Positions 51,580-64,000 of a stretch of DNA of 64,000 nucleotides are shown in pieces. The notes beneath the pieces are model-generated. The model saw only the letters and a program-made list of their open reading frames with translations. It made no database searches and was not told the origin of the DNA. The stretch's first letter is position 1. Every line of letters starts with the position of its first letter. This DNA comes from Camelus dromedarius. Lineage: Eukaryota. The position numbers and the translations under genes were made by a program. The DNA is taken from the NCBI RefSeq assembly GCF_036321535.1, contig NC_087437.1, positions 104,720,001 through 104,784,000 on the forward strand, in the 5' to 3' direction.

Positions 51580-52920
51580 TTTAGCTTCTAGAAGGTAGTC
51601 CACGCTCTCCCAGCCTCCCATCCTCCCACCGTTCTACTCAGTCGCAGCAGGTACATTTACATGTTAATTCAGGAAGATGAAAGACACCAGAAGGCATTTC
51701 TCTCACCTGCCTGCTATAAAACATACAAATCTACTTAAAAAAAGAGCTGTTGTCTTCTTTTACTTAAGGCCAATAACTTCTGTTGTGGTCCTCATCCACT
51801 CATCTTCTGAGCTATGAATTATCACATTTGTTCTTTACTATTAATATTTTCCACAAGTAAATACCTCTCATTAGCTTAAAATAAAATGTCTCTTTCTACA
51901 CCATATGGTTCTGACCCATGCAGTTCTTTCTGTTTATTCTTTGATTTCATTTGGCATCTGTGTACTGAGTATTTCTGAAATAACCTTAGCCAGACTTCTT
52001 TTCTGAGCATCAGACAACTTATCCAAGGGCTTATTAAAGTAACCACCAGTTGGATGACTCAAACATGTTCAAAACAAGATTCATAATCCCCCCAACCCCC
52101 AAACCTAGTCCTGTTTCAGAGAATGTTAATGTCATCAAGCCAGAAACCTTGCAGTCATTGGTGAGGATCATCCTTTTTGTACTCCCCCAAAGAAAATTAA
52201 TCAAAAAACCTAGTTTTTTTTTACCTTCTAAATACCATTTAAAGCCACTGTCTTCTCTTCTATAGCCACCATTATGCTTCCACTTATTTCTTAATAATTT
52301 CTAATCTGGCTTTTATTTGCCACATTTCAAGAAAACCACTCACTAATAATTGTCATATTTCTAAATAAATGGAAATGTCTTTTCTCATCTTACCTGTCCT
52401 TATAGCAGATTTAGTAACTCTCTTCTTTAATAACCCTCTTCTTTAGAAATACTCTCCTTCATCAAATTACATGGCATAACTCCCTTCCATTCATTTTTTT
52501 TTTTCTGTCCTGTTTTCTGGCTCATCAATCTTAACTGGGTGATTAAATATTTGAGTTTCACAGATCTCCATCATAAACACTTCCTCTTAAAAGGTGAACT
52601 TACTAATGCTTGAGCCCCTCCACCTCTGCATACATATGTTCCAACGTAACCTTCTTTCGTTAATAAAAGCTTGCCACAACCCTCCTGTTGATGTCAATCT
52701 CTCAGTAATGTTCTCATATTCCATGTAGCTTTCCTTCACTACCCTTATCACTAGCCTAATTTCATACATAATTGTGTGATTCTTCTTTCAATTTATTTCC
52801 CTGCCTTTAGACCCTTGGATAGGAGAGCTACAATTACAAATCATATTTTATTTTTATTTCTCTTATTTTCCATATACAAGTATTTAATAAGTATTTGTGA
52901 AATTAATTAATTATTATAAT
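51580..52920 (+). mobile_element. L2 relics (several fragments)
   Basis: ctcaaacatgttcaaaacaag; caagccagaaaccttg; terminal tatttaataagtatttgtgaaattaattaa. Confidence 0.55.
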
Positions 52921-53126
52921 AATGACTAACATATCATACATTTAGTGGCACCATCTTGAGAGTAGAACAGGATTTAAATATATCCAGAACTAGATTAATA
53001 ATTCCACCCTAAATGTGGTCTTCTCCCATCTTGTCTCACTTAGTATTCTCAGCCATCAAGCCAGAAAGGGACTATTTTCTTACTTTTTATTTTCTTACAG
53101 TATTATTAAATAGAATTACTTAATAG

Positions 53127-53558
53127 TGTATTAGTCATAGTATGCCAGAGAAGCACACTCACTAGGAGATACATGCATGTATATACATACAGAGAAGGGA
53201 GAGGGGAGAGAGAGGGAGAGATACACGGTCTGCTGTCTGCAAATGGAGACGCAGAAGACCTAATTCATTCCAAGTGTGAAGGCCTGAGAACCAAGGGAGT
53301 CAGTGGTGCAAATTCCAGTCTGAGGGCAGAAGAAGATGAGATGAAATGTTCCAGTTCAATCAGCCTTTGTTTTATTTGGGTTTTTAATGAATTAGATGAA
53401 GCTCACCCACACTGGGGAGGGCAACCCACTTTGCTGAGTCCAATGATTCAAATGCTAATCTGGTCCCCAAACACCCTCACTGCACAGCCAGAAGTACTGT
53501 TTAATCTGGGTAGGTACCCCATGGCCCATAAAGTTGACACATAAAACTCAGGATCATA
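53127..53558 (-). mobile_element. MLT2 (ERVL) solo LTR
   Basis: tgtattagtc...gaaggcctgagaacca...cccacactggggagggcaa...aagttgacacataaaa. Confidence 0.88.
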
Positions 53559-53718
53559 AATGGCTTGCATCTGTTTTAAAGACATACTAGTTTTGACTCG
53601 GTGATAAATTATTGCCTTTTTATAAATCAGGCTGTACTATCACTGATCTTTTTTTTTTTGGTCATAAGAACCAATGATTAGAAATTTAATATATTATTAC
53701 ATACTGTCATTTAGTTTA

Positions 53719-53847
53719 TTTATTTTTTGGTGGGGGAGGTAATTAGATTTATTTTACTTTTAGAGGAGGTACTGGGGATTGAACCCAGGACCTCGTGCAT
53801 GCTAATAAGCATGCGCTCTACCACTTGAGCTATCCCCTCCCCCACCT
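53719..53847 (-). mobile_element. Camelid tRNA-Ala-derived SINE (Vic-1 type)
   Basis: ggaggtactggggattgaacccaggacctcgtgcatgc...ctaccacttgagctatcccctcccc; 10-bp flanking direct repeat atttagttta at 53709-53718 and 53848-53857. Confidence 0.9.
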
Positions 53848-54665
53848 ATTTAGTTTAGTATTTAGTACATTATTTTGTAGCTACAACTCTAATTTCCTGA
53901 AATTAAACTTGTTATAATGTTACTAATAAAGGTCTTGCTAGATGGCTGATATTGTTCATCCAATTTGTAGTGTAATTCTGCAATATCATAGAAAATCCAC
54001 ACAGCTTAGACACTTTAATAATTAAAAATTATAATAGTAATTTCAGTCTAATCTAATAAATGACCAATTTTAAAGTCAGTAGCCTTTCAAAATTAATTAT
54101 TATTAAAAAAAACCTCTAAATCTTTATAGGACCTTATTGGTTAGAAGTAAAGATGGCAGAAATGTTGACCAGCTGTTTCTGGAGCATGGCCTTTTATGTA
54201 AATCATAGCTAACAAAACCGAGAGAGTGTTTTTTTCAATTACAGACACAGATTTGCAGATTAAATACTGCACACTTGACTTGTTTCCATGTATGGCAGAC
54301 TAGATTCCTTGAGGGCAAACCTCCTACCGAGAACAAAGGAAATTATACATCTGTTTGAAGACAGCAGAGTAGTAACAAGACAAAAGAAACTGGAGGATAT
54401 ATGATTTTAGACTGGAGAAAAGTACGTAGATGAAACTCTTAGAATGAGTTCTATTTTCCCCCAAGACATTTTCCTTATTTCAAGTGGCAAAGTGGATGCC
54501 GAGAAGTTGAGAGAGCTGTTAGCTGTCTCGCGAGACCGGGCAGCCCTGAAGCACTGGCTACTCCTTGGAAGTGAGTGTGCAATGGAAACAGATAATCCTG
54601 CACAGAGATTTCAGTCCAGGCTGCTCCTTACTTCATTCCCAGGTTGTGTCAAGATTAAATGTCTC

Positions 54666-55003
54666 TACGTCTGTGAATCTGTTTCTGTTTTGTAAATAAG
54701 TTTGTCTCATAGGAAACAAACTTATGGTTACCAGTGGGGGAAAGGGGTGGGAAGGGATAAATTGGGAGTGCTAGATTTGCAGATACTAACTAATATACAT
54801 AAATAGATAAACAAATAGATAAAATTTTACACTGTACAGCACAGGGAACTATATTCAATATCTTGTAGTAACTTATGGTGAAAAAGAATATGAAAATGAA
54901 TATATGTCTGTTCCTATATGACTGAAGTATTGTGCTGTACACTAGAAATTGACACAACATAGTAAACTGACTACAACTCAATAAAAAAAATTAATTAAAA
55001 AAA
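54666..55003 (+). mobile_element. Short L1 3'UTR insertion with 5' inversion
   Basis: Perfect 15-bp TSD aagattaaatgtctc at 54651-54665 and 55004-55018; the first ~45 bp are antisense L1 3'UTR, the rest sense with an A tail. Confidence 0.93.
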
Positions 55004-55181
55004 AAGATTAAATGTCTCCTATGCCTCCCAAGAATATTCTCTCTAGAATAAGATAGACTCATTTAAAGCCTCGTGCTTTCAAACACACTATTCAGTTTCA
55101 TTTATTCTTTTAATCAGGCAGAAACAGACAAAATAAAATTGACAAAAATGAAGATCTAACTAATTATCTCTCTATTTGAAT

Positions 55182-55244
55182 ACATATGTGTACAGAAATA
55201 TGTGTGTGTGTATATATACACATATACGTGTGTGTGTATATATA
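55182..55244. repeat. Imperfect (TG/TA/CA)n alternating purine-pyrimidine tract
   Basis: Directly visible. Confidence 0.75.
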
Positions 55245-55453
55245 GAGAGAAAGATTCAGATGTTTAATAAAACAAAATTTTCAACTAAACAGTGATTAAC
55301 ATATATTCAAGGAAACAGAAAATAACAAATATATATGTATATATACAAATATAAGCATCAAATGAAAAAATAAAAGATTTTTAGGAAGTGGTGTTTTATA
55401 TATAGTTCAAAATCATTGAGCATTTAGCACATATGACTTTGTATTTTACTACA

Positions 55454-55752
55454 CATGTGCTGTCCAGTATGATAGCCATAGTTAATATAGAGTGTGTGAA
55501 ATGTGGCTAGTCTGAATGCCATGTGCTATAGTGTAACATACATACCAGCTTCCAAAATTGTATGGAAAAATAATGAAACTTACCCTATTAATAATTTTCT
55601 TATCTATTATTTATTAATACATTATATATAATATTCAATTAAATGCACAACTAAAATACTTTCTCCTGTATTTTAAACTTTTAATTATGGCTAATAGGAA
55701 ATGTTAAATTATATATATCTGGCTTGCATTATATTTTTACCAGACAGCACTG
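55454..55752. mobile_element. MER33-like hAT-Charlie MITE
   Basis: Terminal inverted repeats gtgctgtc...gacagcac; internal gaaatgtggctagtctgaat. Confidence 0.8.
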
Positions 55753-57189
55753 CATAAAGAGTACAAAATGAAAAAATTAAAAATTCTTACCCTTCATATA
55801 ATTAGTAGAGATGCAATATTGGTGTCTTGGATAAATAATTTTGAAGCAAAGATAAGTTTCCTTCTAAACTAAGAATTGTGAAATATAAGAATATGATGAT
55901 AAAAATTAATAAGGAGGCATGCTGATATGTGATACACAAAATACATACTTGTGGTGGTCCTTAAGATGCAAAACATAGGGTATATATTGAGTAACAGTAA
56001 ACAAAAAGTCTGTAATGCAAAGAAACATTGAAAAACAGTGGGAGATGATAAAAGCTGAATTATGAAAGGCAACATAAATATGATTTTTGAAACAGTCCAA
56101 GGACAGTGTGGATTATAAATAGTTGTTGAGTCAAGACATTTGTATTTCTGCACTTCACGTTAGGTCTAAAGTTGAGATCTGTCAAGTAATTAGTAAACAT
56201 AATTAATTGCTCCATTATTCACATAAGATGAATCATTTCCCAATGTTTAGTTTATCACTATAACGAAAAGTAAATGATAAGTGAGAATCTCTGAGCTCTG
56301 TTTCCTCTCCATCCTCATTTAAAGCACCGTAGAAGTAATGCTTGGGAAGTATTCATCTAAAATAATGGCCCCTGGGGATTTTAAATTAGTCTAATATCAT
56401 AAATCTTTTCGACTCTCCTTGGCATATACCTATTACTAAAAAATCCAGTGTATATTATTTATTTCTTTTGTAAAGGTGTGAATGCCTATGGTGGTATGTA
56501 TTGGTCATATTAACTCAAAATTTAGAGACCTATTTCTCTAAAACAATAATCTTTTTAGTAGCACAGATCATGTACAATTTACGGTTGCGTAATGGAAGTT
56601 AATGTCAAAACACCACTATTATCATCACTACATATTGCTCTCTAATTAGAGCACAACCTGCATTGTCATTGCTTTAACTGAAGATAATTTCTCAATCACT
56701 GAATTACGTAAAGCCCTGAGAGGAACTATACTTATTTCTGTCTTCGATTTTCGAGACTTTTCTGACCTGTCAGTATACCTAGATTTAGAATAAATGTTAA
56801 TACAGTAGTTTATCTTTAATCTGTGAGGAAACCTGACAGCTGAGATTTTGTAACGGTGAGCACCTTTGCCATCTCTGCTCGCGGATTTTTGAGAATACAG
56901 AATCATTCTGCAAATTCCCTTTTTATAACCCCCACCTCGATCTCCTGGGCTGGAAGGTTATTTCTACACAGCTGCTCGTATTGCTTCATACTTCTTTCTT
57001 TCAAATGTCATGAACAAGACATAATTCTTTCTTCCTGTCTCTGTTCTTATAAAGTGTGTGTGTGGTGGGGGTAGTGTCATTCTGGTTTGTTCTAGAAGCC
57101 AGTCAGCTTTTGCTTTGACAACAGAAACAAAAAATGCAAAGCCCCTACACCATTATCTTATTGTCAACCTATAAGCAGTGAAGTGAAAA

Positions 57190-57307
57190 GTCCCCAGCTC
57201 CTTGGTCTTGGACTTTCCAGCCTCTGGAAATGTGAACAACAAATTTTATTGGTTCATGTACTCAGTCTATGATATTTTGTTATAGCAGCATGAACTGACG
57301 GAAACAC
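57190..57307 (+). mobile_element. MaLR LTR 3' fragment
   Basis: ccttggtcttggactttccagcctctggaaatgtga...cagtctatgatattttgttatagcagc. Confidence 0.75.
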
Positions 57308-57529
57308 CAACATTGTAAAAATAGGTAGTCTACGTTCATTGCCTCCAATTTCTCATTACAGTTATTTCTCTTTCAACAGCAGTTTGGCTTTCACACAAAA
57401 ATAATTATCTCCATTTATTCCCTCTATGGAACTACCAATGTTAACATTTCCCATTTTGTTTGTTTTTCAATCTTTCTCCTTTTTGTCTTTCACAGCATGA
57501 CATGATCTCAGTTTCTACCCCCTACCCTC

Positions 57530-59130
57530 TGTTAATCAGCATAATTAGCTAATATGTAGTAATTAATAAACCCTAAAATAAAAGCAGTGGTTTTTTTCTT
57601 GTATAAAAATTTTGATGCAAGATCCAAGCTGCTTTCATCTTTGGGATCTGTCATTTCAACACATGATCTCCATGGTTACCACCCAAGAAGGAGCAAAGAA
57701 TGGGGGAGACACACTTACCTGTAACTGGTTTAGTTCATATATGCTATGTGACATTTCAGTTCATAGTCTCTTGGCCAGGACTGATCCCTTGAATGGTTCT
57801 GCAAGGATAGGGGCTGAGAAATATTAAGGAGACACTGAGAAATATTAAGGAGACACTGAGAATATTCTGAAACATCACTTCGTTCATCCTCTTCAACATA
57901 CAAAATACCTAGGTCCTTCCAAAGGAATACAAATCAGAGTCCTATCCAGTCACTGTATCAGTTACAAGTTTAGGATCTTTGGGAATTAAATTCCTCTTTC
58001 AAGTCCAACTTCATGTAACTTTTTTTGATCTGGAGATGTATGTTCTAAATAAACACCTCCCATCCATAATTTTTGATAATGAAACAGGGATAAGGTAATC
58101 ACAATAAACACTACAATTTGAAGAAAATTAAAGTAGGAGAAACAAAATGTTCTCTGGTTTATAGTATTTCAGAAATCCCATTGGGCAAACACTGGGCAGT
58201 CTCCTCATCTATAGAAGTGGGGAAGTTTTCCTGATGAGTGTCTGATTCTCCTCCATGGGAGTAACCCCTTACCAAGGGGTCTCTAGAGCCCTTCGTTCTG
58301 CCTTCTTGTAATCTGCTCTCACCTCATCTTTTTTTTTTTTTTTTTTTTTTGATATTTCTGAAATGGACATTGGGAAATAAGCCCATCTTTCTAGTTATCT
58401 GTTGATACAAAATGAAACATTGTCAAATTTAGTGTATCCACTCTCTCCCTAATTTATTGATATTATTTATAATAGGTAAAAGGTCCCAGTCTGATCTGTT
58501 TTTTTGGCCAAGCCACTTTAATTAACTGAGAATTATTATAGAGCATGTATTTCTCAAAGCCTTTTGAAACCCCAGCTTAGTGGTTGGAGAATAGAATTAG
58601 TTGGTTCTCCCAACCCAGGAAGGTTGTTAATTCCTAAACTATCTCAATTCCCTTTCACTTCTTTTTGGGAACATGCATCAAAAAGCCTGAATTCACATCT
58701 TCCTGATTAACATTTTACCAAATAAAGTTAAAATTATACAACAGAAAATACCAATATCCAATTCTATAACCTCTTCCTGTATAGTTATAACCTTATTAGG
58801 CACATAGACTGCTTTTCTGGTTGTCTTAGAGGATAGACTGTAAAAAATTTGCATCTGTGTCACATCATGCTCCATCTAGCAGGCTCCTGATACCAGATGC
58901 CTACACATCCTCTGTCCATCTATGCAGCCAAAGCCAAAGCCTGCAGTTTTGTTTTATTAGCACATTCCCCCTGCTGATATGCAAAGATAAGAGTTTGGAG
59001 AATGCTCAATTACAATTAATTACCTCAAACTGGAAGTGAAGTACACATTTCTATTTCTATAAATCTTAACTAAAGGAAGCTTTGAAATGTAGTCTTTCTT
59101 CATGACAATGAAGATGAACCAGTGTGGGAA
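57530..59130 (-). mobile_element. Old MLT1 (J/K-like) LTR with internal sequence remnants
   Basis: gatccaagctgctttcatctt; cagttcatagtctcttggccagga; MLT1-int-like agtcctatccagtcactgtatcag. Confidence 0.5.
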
Positions 59131-59267
59131 ACATACATTGTCTTTATCTAGTCTATTATTTCATTTTTCACTTCCCTTTGATAAACTGTATTCTGACCTT
59201 AATTTTTGCAAAAGAATCTGTTATATTCACAATTTTTTACTATTTAAAATTTATTTTCTTTAAATAT

Positions 59268-59828
59268 TTGCAAATGATGTGACTGACAAAGGCTTAATTT
59301 CCAGAATATATAAATAGCTCATACAACTTAATAACAAAAAAACAAACAACCCAATCCAAAATTGGGCAAAAGGCCTAAACAAGGAATTCTCCAATACACA
59401 CAAATGGCCAACAGGCACATGAAAAAATGCTCAATATCACTAATTATCAAAGAAATGTAAATCAAAACTATAATGGGGTATCACCTCACACCAGTCAGAA
59501 TGGCTATCATTCAAAAGTCCATGAACAAATGCTGGGGAGGGTGTAGAGAAATGGGAGCCCTCCTTCACTGCTGGTGGGAATGTAGTTTGGTGCAGCCGTT
59601 ACGGAATACAGTATGCAGATTCCTCAAAATAGACTAAAAATAGACTTACCATATGATCCAGCAATCCCACTCTTGGGCATATATCTGGAGGGAACTCTAA
59701 TTCGAAAAGATACATGCACCCCAATGTTCATAGCAGCACTATTTACAATTACCAAGACATGGAAAAAACCTAAAAGTCCATCAACAGACGACTGGATAAA
59801 GAAGCTGAGGTATATTTAAATGATGGAA
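59268..59828 (+). mobile_element. L1 ORF2 C-terminal fragment, truncated at both ends
   Basis: ORF-track [39 protein letters not shown]; visibly close to 39147-39710. Confidence 0.92.
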
Positions 59829-60169
59829 GCCGCTATTGGTTGGGCATTCTGTTTCTTGCAACAGAAAGTGTCATAAACGGTGAACTTCTGAGTCTTCTTC
59901 GTTTATTTTCCTTTGCAAGTCAGGCTAGTCACTGCTGTCCAGAAATGACACCCACATTTTAACTTTGCTTTTGCTCTTGTGCTACCTTCTCCTGGGATGT
60001 CAGGCCCATCCACATAGTCACTTAACCAAAACCATTTTCCATGCTCCAAGGTTCAGTGTAAACAGGAGACACTGGCAAGCTTCACTTTATTGCCCTAACC
60101 AGATACAACCATGCCAGCTCTAAAATTTCACATACTCTCAACTTTGAACCCCATGAGACACCTGTCAGT

Positions 60170-60528
60170 ACTGGCAGAAAGTAGTTTTGGATTTCCACAG
60201 ACCTGAGTTAACGAAGTCCCTCTTTTACCTAGCAGTTATGTGACCTTAAGAAATTCATTTAGCCTCTCTTACTCTCAGACTACTCACTTTAAAATGACAT
60301 AATGACACTTTTTCGCTGGTTTCTTATGTAGATTAAATCCCAATTCTACCCTTGAAAACTGTGCAGTTTTAAGAAAATCCTGCTTAAATTTCCACTTCTA
60401 TGGATAAAATATGGGTAAAAATAAAACTACCTTATAAGTTTTTGCTGAGGATCAAATGGTTAATATAAACACTTAGAACGTTTTTGGCTCACAGACACCA
60501 CTGTCTACATTTTTTCTGTTATTATTAG
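60170..60528 (+). mobile_element. Two adjacent MIR fragments
   Basis: agttatgtgaccttaagaaattcatttagcctctct; taaaatatggg...taccttataagtttttgctgaggatcaaatg...ttattatta. Confidence 0.65.
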
Positions 60529-62410
60529 TACATTGTGTGACACTGAAATCTACTCTTGATAAATTCTAATTATCATTATTACCAGAATCATGTTTTCATA
60601 GTTTTCTAAATATTTTAATTTGTTTGCTTACCTAGAAGACACCTCTAACATCACACGTGCCATGCAGATCCCAGCACCACTCCCATAAGTAGATCTTAGC
60701 AGAAATTGTAACTATTCTTCAAACAATATCTAACACAAAGGACAAAATAATTCTAAAAACAAATCTTGAAGACTTTTTGCCTCAGATGATAAGAAAAATG
60801 AAAGCCGTCATTGAAATGCTTATAAAAGATACAATCTCTGAGTCTGCAAATCTATGATGTTATTTTATGGTGAAAGAAGAAATGTAGTTTCTATGTCAAT
60901 CAGGTTTGATATTCATCACCACACATCAAATGAGTGAAATAAAGACCATACGTGTCAAGTGGTCGCATACGTTATCAATGGAAGAAAAGTATTACAACCC
61001 AAGACTCTAGCATTAGATATCATCTATTTCTCTGTGTTCTAAGTGTCTGCCAAGTTCCTACGTTATCTTGTACCATGCATGATGAAGGGTGTCAGCATCA
61101 GATGTGTATAAGCATGCAGAATATAAAACATACATACAGACATTCACGGGGTACACCCTTGACAGCCTTCACCCGCCCACTTGTTCTTCTGTGCAGAAAT
61201 CATCTGTGTGGAGAAAGTGCTTTTCATGGCTGTTGTCTCTGCCTGGAGCCCACAATACATCTTCTGTGTAGACATGAAGGAGTTTGAAAGGCCTAGGAAA
61301 TGTACACAAAGTTTCTCTTCGTTCGCCAATTATAGCTCGCGTAACCATTAAGAACAGATTTTGATGGGGGCTATGAGAATGAAGCAGAGAGTGCACATCT
61401 CCTAAATGTCACTGGAATCAGTGCAACAGGAGCTGAGCAAATCAGATCTATACAAAAAGGAAAAATAATTGGAAGCCCTGCAGCAGCAAAGTAATTTTAG
61501 GACACAGTCATCAACGACCCTTAAATTCAATCTCCACCTGTGCTGCAGATCAGCGAGGTCTGTAATTGCTTAACGGCTCTCTCTGGGTGTGTTTTTGTTT
61601 TTGTTTTTTTTTCAGAGAGGAAAGACAATGGATTATGTCCAATAGAGTTGTTTACAGGCTAGTTGTAAAAGTCATGGGTGTGAGATCTGATGAATACGTG
61701 GGTGGGCAGAAACAAGATTCCTTCAGTTAGGGTTCCAAAAACAGCAATTTCTACATCACCTCTGTCTGGGAAGGATTACAAAGCTGTGCTCCCACTCAAT
61801 TACCTGTTGCAGCCCTTGCCTCAGCTGCCAGACTGCACCTCTTTTGCTGGTTTCCATAGAAATGCTGCCAGTGCTCCTGCTTTTCTTTTTATTATGCCTT
61901 GGCTCATTGAAAACTCTCCTGGCAATAGCCCAAGGGCTCACATATGCCCTGACACTGGGATGCCAAATTTCTCTAAATGTCTTCCTCTGGTGTCTTTACC
62001 TTGTTACAATGTGTGCAGTAGACTTCTAGAGTAGAGTTTCAAAAACGTCCTGTTCTGATCAAAGGGGTGATTCTTTTTATTGGATAAAGAATCTTCTCCT
62101 CTTCATTTTTTTTTTTTTTTGCCCAAACAGCTCATTTGAGTTTAATTTCTACTACTGTGTTTTCTCTATGTAGATATGCACGTAGATATTCCCAGAGACT
62201 GACTCTAGAAATTTGGTAATGTTGATTACACCGCGAAGTTTAAGTGATTTAATTCTACCTACAATACCTATTTTTCCCTACCTAGCCATGGAAACAGAAA
62301 GTATATTCAGCTTACGTTTGACATATGACCCTTACTTGTTTCAAAGAAAAGAGGTTGAATATGATTTAGTCTCTGTTTTTCCAAAGGTGTCACTTTTTAT
62401 GGGTAACCCC

Positions 62411-62882
62411 TGAGGGGGTGCAGAATACACCATCTCAAAATGTCCCACTTTGACATGTGGATTTTTGTGAGCTGAAGGCAGTTGAGACCCAGCAGACTTA
62501 GAAAGGCCTTTCTCTCTCCCTTAACTACCTAAAATAACTTAGATAGGGGGTGAGTAAAGCTATTACCAGATAGTTTTTTATATCAGAAAGACAACTACAT
62601 AGTGTGGCAAACATTTGTACCAAGCACGTGCTCTTATCTTCCTGTGAATTACCTTCCTCCCTTTAAAGCCTCAGACCCCTACTTCCCTTCCCCTTGGCTT
62701 AGGATAGTGTATAAGCTTCAATTAGCAGGCTGTCTGGAAGTCTTACATTGTCTGTGGGGTTGTCATACGTATGGAATTAAATGCATTTTTCTCCTGTTAA
62801 TCTACCTTACATCAATTTAATTATGAGACCAACCAAGGAACCTAGAAGGGAAGAAGGGACAAGTTTTGCAGCTTCCACCACA
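62411..62882 (+). mobile_element. MER34-family ERV1 solo LTR
   Basis: TG...CA ends; cagaatacaccatctcaaaatgtcccactttgacatgtggatttttgtgagctgaaggcagttgaga; TATA-like gtataag; ATTAAA; gaacctagaaggg. Confidence 0.8.
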
Positions 62883-63065
62883 TAGAACCTTCCAATTCTA
62901 CCTTAGCTGATCATTTCTTCGATTTGCATATGTGTACTTTTATTGTCTCATTTTCAGATTTCTAGACTTTTGCAATGCCTTTTTTTTTGTTCTTTTTCTA
63001 TTTCTTAAAGTGGATCACAAGGGTGACATATAACTAATTATGAGTGGTATTCCGAGTACCGTGTC

Positions 63066-63590
63066 TGTAATGTCAAAGCTCTCCTGCCGGAAACCACCCG
63101 GAACACACCTGCAGCTGAACAAATCCGGTGGTTTATTGCTCATTGTAACAATGGGACTGCACACAGTGTGGAACCTGGGGGTGGTAGTTCACTAACAGCA
63201 TGTTACAAAAGACTCAAACTGGAGTTGCACTCTAGTTAGGTGATTTGGGGAGATTTTCAGGGAGAATAATTTTGCCGTGTATTGCATAGTGGCAAAAGCT
63301 GGGGAGCATCCTATGACAGGTTATTTCAATTAATCATAGCTAGAAGGAGAGGGGATGAGAGCAAAGCTAAAACTGTGACTGGTAAAGAAGCAGCCAGAGA
63401 GGGAGAGGCTTGGGGCATTTTTGTTGTTGGAACAATGGTTCAATTCTTGTGTTCAGACGAGATTATGACATAGTCTTGTTTTTGTCTTGTTTGATATAGT
63501 TTGATCCTTTCCAGTCTGGCTTTTAAAATGGGCCAGTCAGGACAGGACCGAAATCCAGGATTAATTATGCTGTACTGCTGAGGTGAGACC
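63066..63590 (-). mobile_element. Old LTR (MER76-like, ERVL class)
   Basis: ggtttattgctcattg; ttaggtgatttggggag; ggtaaagaagcagc; gtcttgtttttgtcttg. Subfamily uncertain. Confidence 0.55.
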
Positions 63591-64000
63591 CTTCTTATAT
63601 ACTCCAGTTTCCCATTAATCTTAAGGTTTTTCTGACATGCTGATGGCAGAAATCGATGTTCTCAGATGCGGGTAACCTCCAAGCACCAGTCCTTCTAATA
63701 CTTGTGTGTAGTTCTTTCAGTGACTTCAGGTAACTCTCTTTTGAGATCACTGCCTTTCCTGTCTAATGTCTAATGTCTTAAAAACCATTGTCAGTTTTTT
63801 TTGGTTATTTCAAGTGTGACAGTAATTTCAGTCTCTGTTACTCTATCTTGACAGGATACAGATGTTAGAGGAACAATCAGGGGTATTCTTCAATGCTATG
63901 TGTTCAACAGTCAATTTCAAAAGTTTCAAAATTTTTCCTATAAAAATGTCCATTTCACTCACTTAAATTTTCTTATCCTTTCATGATTATGGTGAGGTTG

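Noticed and set aside
53173..53544. 123-aa ORF
   Set aside because: Lies wholly within the MLT2 LTR.
47380..57866. Short tandem units at 47380 and 57814 as CRISPR-like arrays
   Set aside because: No unique spacers, no cas genes, mammalian context.
60952..62034. Cluster of 60-114 aa ORFs in unique-looking DNA
   Set aside because: Overlapping on both strands with no recognisable protein; consistent with chance. The region could still be regulatory.

Overview
AT-rich mammalian genomic DNA, probably camelid: it carries three tRNA-Ala-derived SINEs of the Vic-1 type and a young cetartiodactyl-type L1. No cellular protein-coding gene is recognisable, so the window reads as a long intron or gene desert, roughly half transposon-derived. 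The main feature is a full-length ~7.1 kb LINE-1 on + (33076-40170). It has a perfect 14-bp target-site duplication (TSD), a CpG-rich 5'UTR, an intact ORF1, a ~400-bp inter-ORF spacer and an ORF2 broken by three single-base frameshifts. Around it lie older L1 fragments, L2/MIR relics, MaLR/ERV LTRs, hAT and Tigger1 DNA-transposon remnants and simple repeats. The most interesting observations are two candidate microexons with UGC-containing acceptors (15 nt on -, 27 nt on +), a 75-codon spacer ORF whose stop lies just inside the L1 ORF2 start, a YADD RT motif, clustered in-frame deletions in ORF2, and a clear twin-priming inversion. I cannot demonstrate a new biological system from sequence alone. 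Repeat subfamily names are from recognition by eye, and boundaries of old repeats are approximate.
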